A DNA stretch of 64,000 nt from Candidatus Hydrogenedentota bacterium (GTDB lineage Bacteria > Hydrogenedentota > Hydrogenedentia > Hydrogenedentales > SLHB01): positions 1-64,000 of the forward strand of contig BTVY01000013.1 in NCBI GenBank assembly GCA_045863335.1, read 5' to 3'. This document shows, piece after piece, positions 1 through 9,200 of this stretch; position 1 is the stretch's first letter, and each line of letters starts with the position of its first letter. A program made the position numbers and the translations under genes. The notes beneath the pieces are model-generated. The model made no database searches. It was not told where the DNA came from and saw only the letters and a list, made by a program, of their open reading frames with translations.

Positions 1-67
1 CCCGTGCCAGAACGCGGCTCGATAAGTTGGCAACAGCATGAATCAATACACTAGATCCAGAGCCGGC

Positions 68-192
68 AGGGACAACAGAGAAGACAGGGACGGCGATCCG
101 ATCCCGCTGAGATTCTCAAGTGAATCGACGCTACGGCTTGACGGGTCCGCTCTGCTAATGTCCTTGGTGTCCCCGCTGTCTCTGTTGTCCCT
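68..192. repeat. Inverted-repeat element built from ~9-bp GGGACAAC/AGAGAC-type units
   Basis: AGGGACAACAGAGA (68-81) is the exact reverse complement of TCTCTGTTGTCCCT (179-192); degenerate 9-bp units continue inward on both arms. Confidence 0.7.
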
Positions 193-249
193 CGGGCGCT
201 CCGGTCGAATTCCTTTTGTCATAAGCGACGTCCACTGCAAGGAGATCTC

Positions 250-1014
250 ATGACAATCGCCGACTTCAGTTTGAAGAACAAGGTCGCCATTGTGACCGGC
301 GCGAGCCGGGGTATTGGCGAAGCCATCGCCCGGGGTTTCGCGGAGCAAGGCGCGACGGTCGTGCTCAGTTCGCGCAAACAGGAGGGGCTCGACGAGGTCG
401 CCGAATCCATTCGGGCCGACGGCGGCAAGGCACTCCCCATCTCCTGTCATACGGGAAAAACCGAGGCCATTGCCGCGTTGTTCGAGCGCGTGAGGTCCGA
501 ATTGGGCCGCGTGGACGTCCTCGTGAACAACGCAGCGACCAATCCCTATTTTGGTCCCGCCATCGATATTGCGGAAGGCGCTTTTGACAAGACTTTCGAG
601 GTGAACGTCAAAGGCTATTTCCTCATGTCGCAGCACGCCGCGCGGATGATGATCGAACAGGGTGGCGGGTCCATCATCAATATTGCGTCCATCGCGGGGA
701 TATCACCGCCGCCCATGCAGGGGGTCTACGGCGTGACCAAGGCGGCGGTCATCGCGATGACAAAGATGTTCGCCAAGGAACTTGGCGGCGCGAACGTGCG
801 CTGTAACGCGATCGCGCCCGGGCTCGTGGAAACGAAGTTCGCGTCGTTGCTCATTGAGACGCCGGAGATGTACAAGTTCTTCAAAGAACAAACGCCCATG
901 GGACGCCATGCGCAACCCAACGAAATGGTCGGCGCGGCGATCTACCTCGCCTCCGACGCGGCCAGCTACACGACCGGCGCCGTCATCACCTGCGATGGCG
1001 GCTACACGACGTAG
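250..1014 (+). CDS. Classical SDR family NAD(P)-dependent oxidoreductase
   Basis: TGASRGIG, NNAA, S..YGVTK catalytic motif, NAIAPG; AAGGAG RBS upstream. Confidence 0.95.
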   Translation: MTIADFSLKNKVAIVTGASRGIGEAIARGFAEQGATVVLSSRKQEGLDEVAESIRADGGKALPISCHTGKTEAIAALFERVRSELGRVDVLVNNAATNPYFGPAIDIAEGAFDKTFEVNVKGYFLMSQHAARMMIEQGGGSIINIASIAGISPPPMQGVYGVTKAAVIAMTKMFAKELGGANVRCNAIAPGLVETKFASLLIETPEMYKFFKEQTPMGRHAQPNEMVGAAIYLASDAASYTTGAVITCDGGYTT

Positions 1015-1024
1015 GAGTCTCACG

Positions 1025-1906
1025 ATGGAGTTCCAGGAGATTGCGGTCATCGGTTCGGGATTCATGGGCAGCGGCATCGCCCAGGTAAGCGCGCAGGCCG
1101 GCCACAATGTGGTGCTCGTCGACATTGATGAAATGCGCCTCGAACGGGCGCGGGAGTCGATCGAGTGGTCTGTAGGAAAACTGGTTTCAAAAGGCGCACT
1201 CAAAGAACCCATGGATCAAGTTCTGGACCGGATCGCGACGGCAACGTCGTATGACGCGGCGTGCGACGCGGACCTGCTCATCGAAGCCGTGAATGAGGAA
1301 GTTACTCTGAAGGAGCAAGTCCTTCGCGAACTGGATGCGATGTGCGGTCCGGACACGGTGTTCGCTTCCAACACGTCGACGATCCCGATTACGAAGCTCG
1401 CGGCCGCTACGGAACGGGCCGACCGTGTCATTGGGATGCACTTCTTTGGTCCCGTGCCGTTGATGCGGCTCGTCGAGATCATTCCGAATCCGCAAACGAA
1501 AGACGAGGTGGTTCAGGCCGCGCTTCGTTTCGCGAAGTCGGTCGGCAAGAACCCGGTTCTCGTGAAGCAGGACATACCAGGCTTCCTGATGAACCGGATC
1601 TTCGGCGCGATGACCTGCGAAGCCATTCGGCTTCTGGAACGCGGCGCGGGTTCCATCGAAGACATCGACAACGGCATGTGCGACGGCTTCAGCATGCACG
1701 TCGGGCCACTCTGTATTGCGGACCTGGCCGGGCTCGATGTTTCCCTGAACGCCTTTAACGTCATGCATGCGCTCGATCCGGACTACGCACCCGTCGCCCC
1801 GGAACTGCTGCATCGTCTCGTCAGCGAAGGCAAACTCGGCGCGAAGACCGGCGAAGGCTTCTACCGCTGGGACGAGTTCGGCAAGCGCCTCGGCCCCGCG
1901 TTTTGA
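1025..1906 (+). CDS. 3-hydroxyacyl-CoA (3-hydroxybutyryl-CoA) dehydrogenase
   Basis: GSGFMGSGIA Rossmann motif, ASNTSTI, GMHFF, PGFLMNR, GKLGAKTGEGFY; start moved to ATG 1025 after AGGAG. Confidence 0.93.
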   Translation: MEFQEIAVIGSGFMGSGIAQVSAQAGHNVVLVDIDEMRLERARESIEWSVGKLVSKGALKEPMDQVLDRIATATSYDAACDADLLIEAVNEEVTLKEQVLRELDAMCGPDTVFASNTSTIPITKLAAATERADRVIGMHFFGPVPLMRLVEIIPNPQTKDEVVQAALRFAKSVGKNPVLVKQDIPGFLMNRIFGAMTCEAIRLLERGAGSIEDIDNGMCDGFSMHVGPLCIADLAGLDVSLNAFNVMHALDPDYAPVAPELLHRLVSEGKLGAKTGEGFYRWDEFGKRLGPAF

Positions 1907-2065
1907 TTTCTGGTACTGCTGCGCTCGACGAGCTCGGCATCTCTACAACTGGCGAATCCCGGATGAATTCGGGGTGCATGGACGCCATCTGCCATTGCCC
2001 GAATCCGTGTTCCGTGATACGATAACCAAGGGCATACGCTGCGGGCACTCACGAGGGAGTCTACT

Positions 2066-2455
2066 ATGAACACCTCCCATGTGGGAGTACGCATTCTTCT
2101 TCTGATTTCCTTTCTGTTCTTCACGCTTCCATGTCTGACGTACCTGGCACTCTCCGTTCCAGGATTGCGCGCTCTACTGATGGTGGACATGGGCCTACGC
2201 GCGATTCCCCTTTTCGCGGCCGTACAGATCGATCAGGCGTTCCTGGACGGCGGGGAACTCACGCCCAACCTGATTCCAGTTTGGGTGCTGCTGACGGGCC
2301 TGCTCCTTTGGCCCTTGCTGGTGCTCGGCATTCGCCCATCACTCTGGTCGATACGGCGGTGGCGGCGCGCGGTGGCGGCCTACAGTGTCTGCGCGTTTGC
2401 GGTCACGGTGGCGGCGGCAGGGTGGGTATTCACGCATTTGGCCTACTTTTTCTAG
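2066..2455 (+). CDS. Small integral membrane protein, unknown function
   Basis: About three hydrophobic segments; GAGGGAG RBS. Confidence 0.65.
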   Translation: MNTSHVGVRILLLISFLFFTLPCLTYLALSVPGLRALLMVDMGLRAIPLFAAVQIDQAFLDGGELTPNLIPVWVLLTGLLLWPLLVLGIRPSLWSIRRWRRAVAAYSVCAFAVTVAAAGWVFTHLAYFF

Positions 2456-2529
2456 CATTCCAATAGCGAATTAAGTTGTTTGGCATCAATCTTTTAGGAT
2501 TGACTTGCTATGGGGAAGCATCAAATGGC

Positions 2530-2558
2530 TTGACTAAACCGACTAGTTGGTCTATAAT
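2530..2558 (+). promoter_or_regulatory. Sigma70-type promoter overlapped by a TetR operator
   Basis: TTGACT(2530-35)-17 bp-TATAAT(2553-58); imperfect palindrome TAAACCGACTAGTTGGTCTA in the spacer. Confidence 0.8.
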
Positions 2559-2564
2559 TCAGCC

Positions 2565-3155
2565 ATGGCACGCATCACCGCCAAAGAGAAATTGGTCAAT
2601 GCCGCGCTCGAACTCATGGCGGAAAAAGACTACATGGTCACTACCGTGGACGAGATTTGTGAGAAGGCCGACGTGAGCAAGGGCAGCTTCTACCACTTCT
2701 TTGAATCCAAAGAGGACTTGGGTTTGGCGGCCATGTCGGCATTCTTTCAGGTTTCCATGGACGAAGTGGGTGCGCAGGAGTTCATGAAACTTGATGACCC
2801 GGTGGCTCGCGTGTACGGCTATCTCGACTACATGGACCGGAAGGCGGAGCAGCTCCAGCGCACCGGCTGTCTTCTCGGCAACTTTGCGGTGGGCGCCGCG
2901 AGGTCGAATTCCCGTCTTCAAGAGCGGGTGAGCCAGACGTTCGACAGTTTGGCACAGGCCATTGCCGGCATGTTTTCGCCGTTCGCGAGCGAAAACGGCG
3001 AGGACGGTCTCCCCACGGCGCAGGAGTTGGCGGAGCTGTATCTCTCCATCATGGAGGGGACGATCGTGCTGGGCAGGGCGCACTGCGATCCGGAACGCAT
3101 CCGCAAGGGTAACCGGTGGTTTCGGCAGTACCTGGAGACACTGGTACCGGCGTAA
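2565..3155 (+). CDS. TetR/AcrR family regulator (NemR-like)
   Basis: HTH VDEICEKADVSKGSFYHFFESKEDL; C-terminal GCLLGNF motif; ATG 6 nt after the -10 box. Confidence 0.92.
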   Translation: MARITAKEKLVNAALELMAEKDYMVTTVDEICEKADVSKGSFYHFFESKEDLGLAAMSAFFQVSMDEVGAQEFMKLDDPVARVYGYLDYMDRKAEQLQRTGCLLGNFAVGAARSNSRLQERVSQTFDSLAQAIAGMFSPFASENGEDGLPTAQELAELYLSIMEGTIVLGRAHCDPERIRKGNRWFRQYLETLVPA

Positions 3156-3181
3156 GTGCGCATCATTTTGTGCAAGGCTTT

Positions 3182-3218
3182 AAACCACGCCAACGGCGTG
3201 GTTTGACTTATCGGTCTA
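3182..3218 (+). promoter_or_regulatory. Hairpin plus second TetR operator-like box
   Basis: AAACCACGCC-aac-GGCGTGGTTT stem (3182-3204) abutting TTGACTTATCGGTCTA (3203-3218). Confidence 0.55.
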
Positions 3219-3272
3219 TAAAACAACGGCGCAGTATCGAGCAGCACCAACGAGTCCTGGGAGAATCTCACT

Positions 3273-4334
3273 ATGGCAGTGGTCATGAACGAAGAAAAAC
3301 TGCACAAAATGCTTGGCAAGATGGTAGGCGACTTGGGCGCGGCGGTGAACGGCGCGCTCGTTATCACCGGAGACCGGCTCGGTCTGTACAAGGCCCTGGC
3401 GGAAGACGGCCCCTTCACATCTGTCGAGTTGGCAAAGCAAACCGGCACGAGCGAACGGTACGTCCGCGAATGGCTTTCCTCGCAGGCAGCGTCGGGCTAT
3501 GTCGAATACGACGCAGATTCGGAGCGGTTCTACATGACGCCCGAGCAAACAATGGTGTTTGCCAATGAGGAAAGTCCGTTTCTGATGACGGGTGGTTTCT
3601 ACTCGGTAGCGTCGGTGTACAAGGATGAGCCGAAACTGACCGCAGCCTTCCAAACCGGCGACGGTGTGGCGTGGGGCGATCACGACGGGTGCCTGTTTTG
3701 CGGCACGGCCAAGTTTTTCCGCCCGGGTTACCAGGCCAACCTGGTCGCCGAATGGCTGCCCGCGCTGGACGGCGTAACGGAGAAGCTCGAAGCGGGAGCG
3801 GAGGTCGCGGACGTGGGCTGCGGACACGGTCTCTCCACCATGATCATGGCCGAGGCGTTTCCGAACTCGACGTTCACGGGGTTTGATTATCATGAGGAAT
3901 CCATCCGTTGCGCGCGGGACACCGCGCAAAAGGCGGGCATCACCAACGTGCGGTTCGAGGTAGCGACGGCGAAGGACTATCCGGGAACGGAATATGACCT
4001 GGTCACCTTCTTCGACTGCCTCCACGACATGGGCGATCCGGCGGGCGCGGCGTCCCACGTGCGCACGACGCTGAAACCGGACGGGACGTGGATGATGGTC
4101 GAACCTTTCGCCCACGACACGCTCCAGGAAAACCTGAACCCGGTGGGCCGCGTGTACTACGGGTTCTCAACGGCCGTGTGCACGCCGTCGGCCTTGAGCC
4201 AGGACGTGAAGAACGCCCTCGGCGCGCAGGCCGGCGAAGCCAAGCTTCGCAAGGTCGCCGAAGCCGGCGGATTCCGGTCCTTCCGGCGCGCGACGGAAAC
4301 GCCCTTCAACCTGATCCTCGAAGCGCGCCCGTAG
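3273..4334 (+). CDS. Class I SAM-dependent methyltransferase with N-terminal wHTH (Rv2258c-like)
   Basis: GDRLGLYKAL/ERYVREWL N-domain; VADVGCGHG motif I; FDCLHDMGDP; LGAQAGE. Confidence 0.92.
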   Translation: MAVVMNEEKLHKMLGKMVGDLGAAVNGALVITGDRLGLYKALAEDGPFTSVELAKQTGTSERYVREWLSSQAASGYVEYDADSERFYMTPEQTMVFANEESPFLMTGGFYSVASVYKDEPKLTAAFQTGDGVAWGDHDGCLFCGTAKFFRPGYQANLVAEWLPALDGVTEKLEAGAEVADVGCGHGLSTMIMAEAFPNSTFTGFDYHEESIRCARDTAQKAGITNVRFEVATAKDYPGTEYDLVTFFDCLHDMGDPAGAASHVRTTLKPDGTWMMVEPFAHDTLQENLNPVGRVYYGFSTAVCTPSALSQDVKNALGAQAGEAKLRKVAEAGGFRSFRRATETPFNLILEARP

Positions 4335-4353
4335 AAGAATACGCATCGAAAGG

Positions 4354-4388
4354 GAACGTCCCGGTTGGCAACCCCAACCGGGACGTTC
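4354..4388 (+). terminator. Strong hairpin, likely terminator
   Basis: 15-bp perfect stem GAACGTCCCGGTTGG/CCAACCGGGACGTTC right after the stop; weak U tail. Confidence 0.6.
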
Positions 4389-4423
4389 TCCTTAATGCGG
4401 CTCCCTCGCACGTGGGGCAAGAC

Positions 4424-4581
4424 TTGGAGTGCGGTCGCTTGCGACTGCTTTAATTCAGGTCGTTTTAATGGCCCTAAGAAGTAGGAGTGAAACAACGTCG
4501 GTCCGAATTTGCAGACGCGCCTGCCGCAGAGCCGCAGGCAAGCCTGCTCGGTCAAAGCAGCCCCAAGGGGCCGCACTCCAA
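4424..4581. repeat. REPIN-like inverted pair (TTGGAGTGCGG...CCGCACTCCAA type)
   Basis: Arms 4424-4451 and 4554-4581 are inverted copies, each with an internal hairpin. Confidence 0.8.
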
Positions 4582-4708
4582 ATGATCGTATGAATGGATG
4601 CCCTTGTTTCCGGGTGTCTAAACCAAGGTTTCTGCCAATGCGCGAATTTCGGTAGCGCTGTTCCGTCCGGCATAATGAGTCTATGCCAACACGGAAGGAG
4701 CCAGCGCC

Positions 4709-5776
4709 ATGTACAACGGTCTGAACCTGAGCCTGGGAAACCTGTCGCGTCTGTCCCGCGCGAAGACGCGTTCCATTTCGCCCGAAAATTTCGATGGCGC
4801 GAAAGGCAAAGGCGGCATGGCCACGGAGGGTACAGGCGCCCATTGTGCGCGCGACCTTGGGCAGGGGTGGAAGATTTCGCCGTCGGTCGCCATCCAGCGC
4901 GGACAGACCTTCGAGATCGCCGACATCGAAGGCCCGGGCGCGATCCAGCAGATCTGGATGACGCCGACCGGCCATTGGCGGCACGCCATCCTCCGGTTCT
5001 ACTGGGACGGCGAAGACACGCCAAGTGTGGAGGTGCCGGTGGGCGATTTCTTCTGCATGGGGTGGTGTAAATACGCGCAAGTGAATTCGCTGCCGGTTTG
5101 CGTGAACCCGGGCAGCGCGTTCAATTGCTATTGGGAAATGCCCTTCCGCAAGCGCTGCCGCATCACGCTCGAGAACATTGCCGAAGACGCCATGGTGCTC
5201 TACTACCAGGTGAACTACACGCTCACCGAAGTGCCGGACGATGCGGCGTACTTCCACGCCCAGTTCCGCCGGACGAATCCGCTGCCGTACAAAGAGGTCT
5301 ATACCATCGCCGACGGCATCCAGGGGCACGGCCATTTCGTGGGCACCTATATGGCTTGGCAGGTGAACAACACGGGCTGGTGGGGCGAAGGCGAGATCAA
5401 GTTCTATCTCGATGGCGACGAGTGGCCGACTATCTGCGGAACGGGCACGGAGGACTACTTCTGCGGGTCCTATAACTTCGACCGCGACGGGAACTACACC
5501 GAATTCTCGACCGCCTACGCCGGCCTGCCCCAAGTGATCCGCCCCGACGGCAGCTATCAATCCCAACAGCGTTTCGGTCTGTACCGTTGGCACATCATGG
5601 ACCCCATCCGCTTCGAACAGGACCTCCGCGTGACCATCCAGGCCCTTGGCTGGCGCAGCGGCCACCGCTACCTTCCCAACCAGGACGACATCGCGTCCGT
5701 GGCCTTCTGGTACCAGGCCGAGCCGCACGCGCCCTTCCCCGCGCTGCCCGACCGGGACTACCTCGAAGTGATCTGA
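4709..5776 (+). CDS. DUF2961 / glycoside hydrolase family 172 protein
   Basis: TRSISPEN.DG.KGKGG, GPGAIQQIW, WWGEGE, GTGTEDYF, DDIASVAFWYQ; AAGGAG RBS; no signal peptide. Confidence 0.9.
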   Translation: MYNGLNLSLGNLSRLSRAKTRSISPENFDGAKGKGGMATEGTGAHCARDLGQGWKISPSVAIQRGQTFEIADIEGPGAIQQIWMTPTGHWRHAILRFYWDGEDTPSVEVPVGDFFCMGWCKYAQVNSLPVCVNPGSAFNCYWEMPFRKRCRITLENIAEDAMVLYYQVNYTLTEVPDDAAYFHAQFRRTNPLPYKEVYTIADGIQGHGHFVGTYMAWQVNNTGWWGEGEIKFYLDGDEWPTICGTGTEDYFCGSYNFDRDGNYTEFSTAYAGLPQVIRPDGSYQSQQRFGLYRWHIMDPIRFEQDLRVTIQALGWRSGHRYLPNQDDIASVAFWYQAEPHAPFPALPDRDYLEVI

Positions 5777-5781
5777 GAAAA

Positions 5782-5949
5782 GTAGGTCGGGAATGATTCC
5801 CGACCAGGGAATTCCCCCCCGGCGAAGTCCTAACCGAAGACTATCCTCAAAGCCAAGACGTTCGCTTCTCCATTCTTCGATTCGAACCCAGTCCCTGAAC
5901 TTCGTTTAGCGCCTGAGAATTGGCTGGGCGGGAATCATTCCCGCCCTAC
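5782..5949. repeat. GTAG-family REP pair in inverted orientation (REPIN-like)
   Basis: GTAG-GTCGGGAATGATTCCCGAC (5782-5804) and, on the minus strand, GTAG-GGCGGGAATGATTCCCGCC (5949-5927). Confidence 0.85.
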
Positions 5950-6050
5950 GGGCCGGTCACCTTTCATCATTGGCGGTGTCTCTTTGGTGAACGGCGCGGC
6001 CATGGCCTACACTCGACCGGAACGAGTGGTTCCGGTAACGAAGGAGGTCA

Positions 6051-6230
6051 ATGCCGATGTCACCGCAGATTGGCGCACCAGGGATGGCGGAACTCGTCAT
6101 CATGCTGTTTATGTTGGTGTTCGTTTGGGGAATCCCGATAGCCATCGTTATATGGCTCATCATCACGCTCCAAGGGATACGCCGGGACGTCGCCGCGATA
6201 CGAAAACGGCTGGAGGCACGGCAGGATTAA
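6051..6230 (+). CDS. 59-aa single-pass membrane protein, absent from the ORF track
   Basis: AAGGAGG RBS at 6041; MPMSPQIGAPGMAELVIMLFMLVFVWGIPIAIVIWLIITLQGIRRDVAAIRKRLEARQD*. Confidence 0.75.
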   Translation: MPMSPQIGAPGMAELVIMLFMLVFVWGIPIAIVIWLIITLQGIRRDVAAIRKRLEARQD

Positions 6231-6269
6231 GCCGGTCGGAGGCCTCCGGCAGGGAGGCTGGATAGTACG

Positions 6270-9200
6270 ATGTCGTGGTTCATAAAAACAGCAAGCGATG
6301 CCGCGGTGGTATTGCGCGTGCGGGCAGGGCGGCGCGACGAATTTGCCGCACTGGTGGATCGGTATCTGCCGGTCGCACATGCGGTGTGTTACGCGCAACT
6401 CCGCAATGTGACGGACGCGGAAGACGCCGCGCAGGACGCCTTTATCAAGGCCTATGAAGCGCTGGACGGGTTGCGGGAACCGGCGAAGTTCGGGCCGTGG
6501 CTGTTGAGCATCGTGCGCAACGTGTGCCGCAACCACCAGCGCAGCCGCGCGCGGGAAAAGGAGCGTACCGACGCGCTCGCCGCGCTGGGTCAGGAACCGG
6601 CAGGGCAACCCGTAGATCAAGATTTGCGACCGGTCGTGCGCGCGCAGATTGATGCGCTGGATGCCATCCATCGGGAAGTGCTGCTCCTTCATTACTACGG
6701 CGGACGGTCGATTAAAGACATCGCCGCCCTGCTGGAACTCTCGCCGGACGCTGTTAAGAAGCGCCTGCAACGGGCGCGGGAAGCCCTCAGCGCGCGCATG
6801 CTGCAACACCTCGAACCGGCGGTTGCGCCGCAACACGCCCACAAGGATCGCGTCAAGACCATCATGGGACTGCTGGCGGGCGTCACCGCCGCGTGGGAAG
6901 CGGGCGCGGCCTCCACCAGCGGCGTGGCCGCTGGTGCGGGGGCGGCCGGCGTGGCGAGCGGCGTCGCCTCTAGCATGGTCGCGAAGATCGTTGCGGGTGT
7001 GGCCGCGGCGATTGCCGTGACTGGCGCGGTCATGTACTGGCCCGAGGCGGGGGTGGATGTGTCGCCGGATGCGACCCCGCAATCGGCCATCGCCCAAGAT
7101 GCAACGACTTTGGCCAGCGCAACCACCAGCGTGACCGATCCGACCGATCGGACCGATCCGTCTGATCCAACCGATAATCCAACGACAACTCCCGAAGGCG
7201 GCTACTTCATCCACGGCCGCACGGTCGACCAGGCTGGGAATCCCGTGCCCGGCGCGGTGGTGACGGTTGACCCCTTCTATGCGGAGGATGGCCGCCACCA
7301 CGAAGCCGTCAGCGACCAAGACGGTAGCTTTACACTGAAGAACCTGAACAGCACAACCTACATCGTTAGGGCATCCGGATCCGACCACTTCGCAATGACC
7401 GACCTGCACAGCACCTCTCGCGAGAAGTCCAACGTTCGCGATGTAGTCATGTATCCATCCGGGCCGGTCGCTGGCCGCGTTCAAGACAGTAATGGGAACC
7501 CTGTGCAGGACGCGTGGGTAGTACCCATCGCAGGAACCGGCGTTAAAGAAGACTGGATGTTGCACCCTCGCTGGTATTACTTGCGTAGAGTCAAGACCGG
7601 CCAAGATGGCAGGTTTCAGATCGATGCCGTCTGGCTGGGCGAGTGCAGCCTTCTGGTAGACTCGCCCACCTATGTCGTCCACGAAACCGACATGATCCCG
7701 GTCGAGAAGCCAGCGTCCATCACCTTACGGCCCGGCGCGCGTGTGGCGGGCCAACTCATCTACGCGAATACAAAGGCACCAGTCCCGGGCGTGAGACTCC
7801 TGATCGACCGTGATCGGGAGACCGTAAGCGACGAAGAGGGCCGCTTCTTCTTCCAAGGCGTGAAGCCGGGACAGAATGCGGTGCGCGTCGAGCACGAAAC
7901 GTTGTTCTCCCTACAGCCCGGTTTCATCGTACCCGAGGGGGGAGACGTTTTCGGTGTCGCATTGGAAGTCGTGCAGGGGGGAATCATCGAGGGCCGGGTC
8001 TATGACGCACAGACCGGCGAAGGCATCCTCATGGCCGATATCAGGATTGAGCGGGAGAGCGGTGCGGATTCCACCTTCTCGCGTCCGGAGATGACTACCG
8101 CGAACAACGAGGGGGAATTCAAATTCACGAAACTACTGCCGGGCACCTACCGCGTAGAATGGGCGGATGCCACTGAATACGTACGATCCGTCGTTCCTGA
8201 CCACGAACCGCTGGAAGTCGACTACTGGAAGACCATCTCCGGCGTAGACCTCGGACTGATGAAAGGCGCCACCATTCGGGGCACGATCGTCGCTCCACCA
8301 GAAATCTTGGCGCAGCAGCCCATGGTTTCTTTCCGTTATGTGGACGAAGCAGTTCAAGTCAGGCAAGACGAGCACAGAAGTTCGGGATCCCAATCCGACG
8401 GTAGATTCCGGCTTGCCGGTCTTCTGCCAGGTGAACCGGTGATACTTCGGGCGGGCGGCGGCAAATGGAAAAGCGCGGAGGCCGGGCCGTTCACTCCGGG
8501 GATGGATGGAATCGATGGGGTGACGCTTACCCTCCTGGAGAATCCTCTGGGGTCCGTAAGCGGAAAACTGGTTTATGGAAACGGACTCGCAGTCGCGCAG
8601 GGCGACGTCGAATTGCAGCACGTTGACGGATCCCATATTGCTCGTGCTGAAGTGGACGAGCACGGTACGTTCAAAATAGAGAACCTTCCGGCTGGCAATT
8701 ACGAACTTGGTGCCCGCGCGTATAACGCATCGCTGCCGGAGCCGCTGCCCATTAGCATTGCCGCGGGTGAAGCCCTTACCGGAATTGTCATCGACTTCGG
8801 AGGGGGCGGAGAGGTGATCGCGGGGCACGTCATGGACGACACCGGCACGCCGATCCCGGGCGCCGAGGTTCGGGTCCGTGGTCCCGATTTCGGTGGTGCA
8901 CCCCAGACGTCGGGGGAACATGGCGAGTTTGTAGTGCAGGGGTTGGCGCCATCCAGCTATGATGTTTCGGTGCGGGCAGAAGGGTATTCCGCGCGACGAC
9001 TCAAGGCGATCGCAACGGGCACAACCGATCTCCGGGTTGTGCTGGAACGCGAGGGATCGATCGACGGAAGGGTCATCCAGGGGCAGACGGGACATCCTCT
9101 CAAGGAGTTCGAGGTTGCAGTAACTACACCTCAAGAGATGGCGCGGGGGCACTTGTTAAGTCTGCGTTTCAACCGTTTTGTCAGCGATACCGGCGCGTTC

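Noticed and set aside
1958-1973. CCCGGATGAATTCGGG palindrome; also a partial GTAG-REP at ~44931-44950
   Set aside because: Single, degenerate copies without partners; insufficient support
4157-5728. 523-aa minus-strand ORF, and similar long antisense ORFs (6060-7682, 30551-31855, 35499-37124, 45682-47196, 59031-60137)
   Set aside because: Antisense shadows of well-supported genes in GC-rich DNA; no recognisable motifs
5984-6265. 93-aa ORF in the track
   Set aside because: Overlaps the better-supported 59-aa ORF (strong RBS, TM) in another frame
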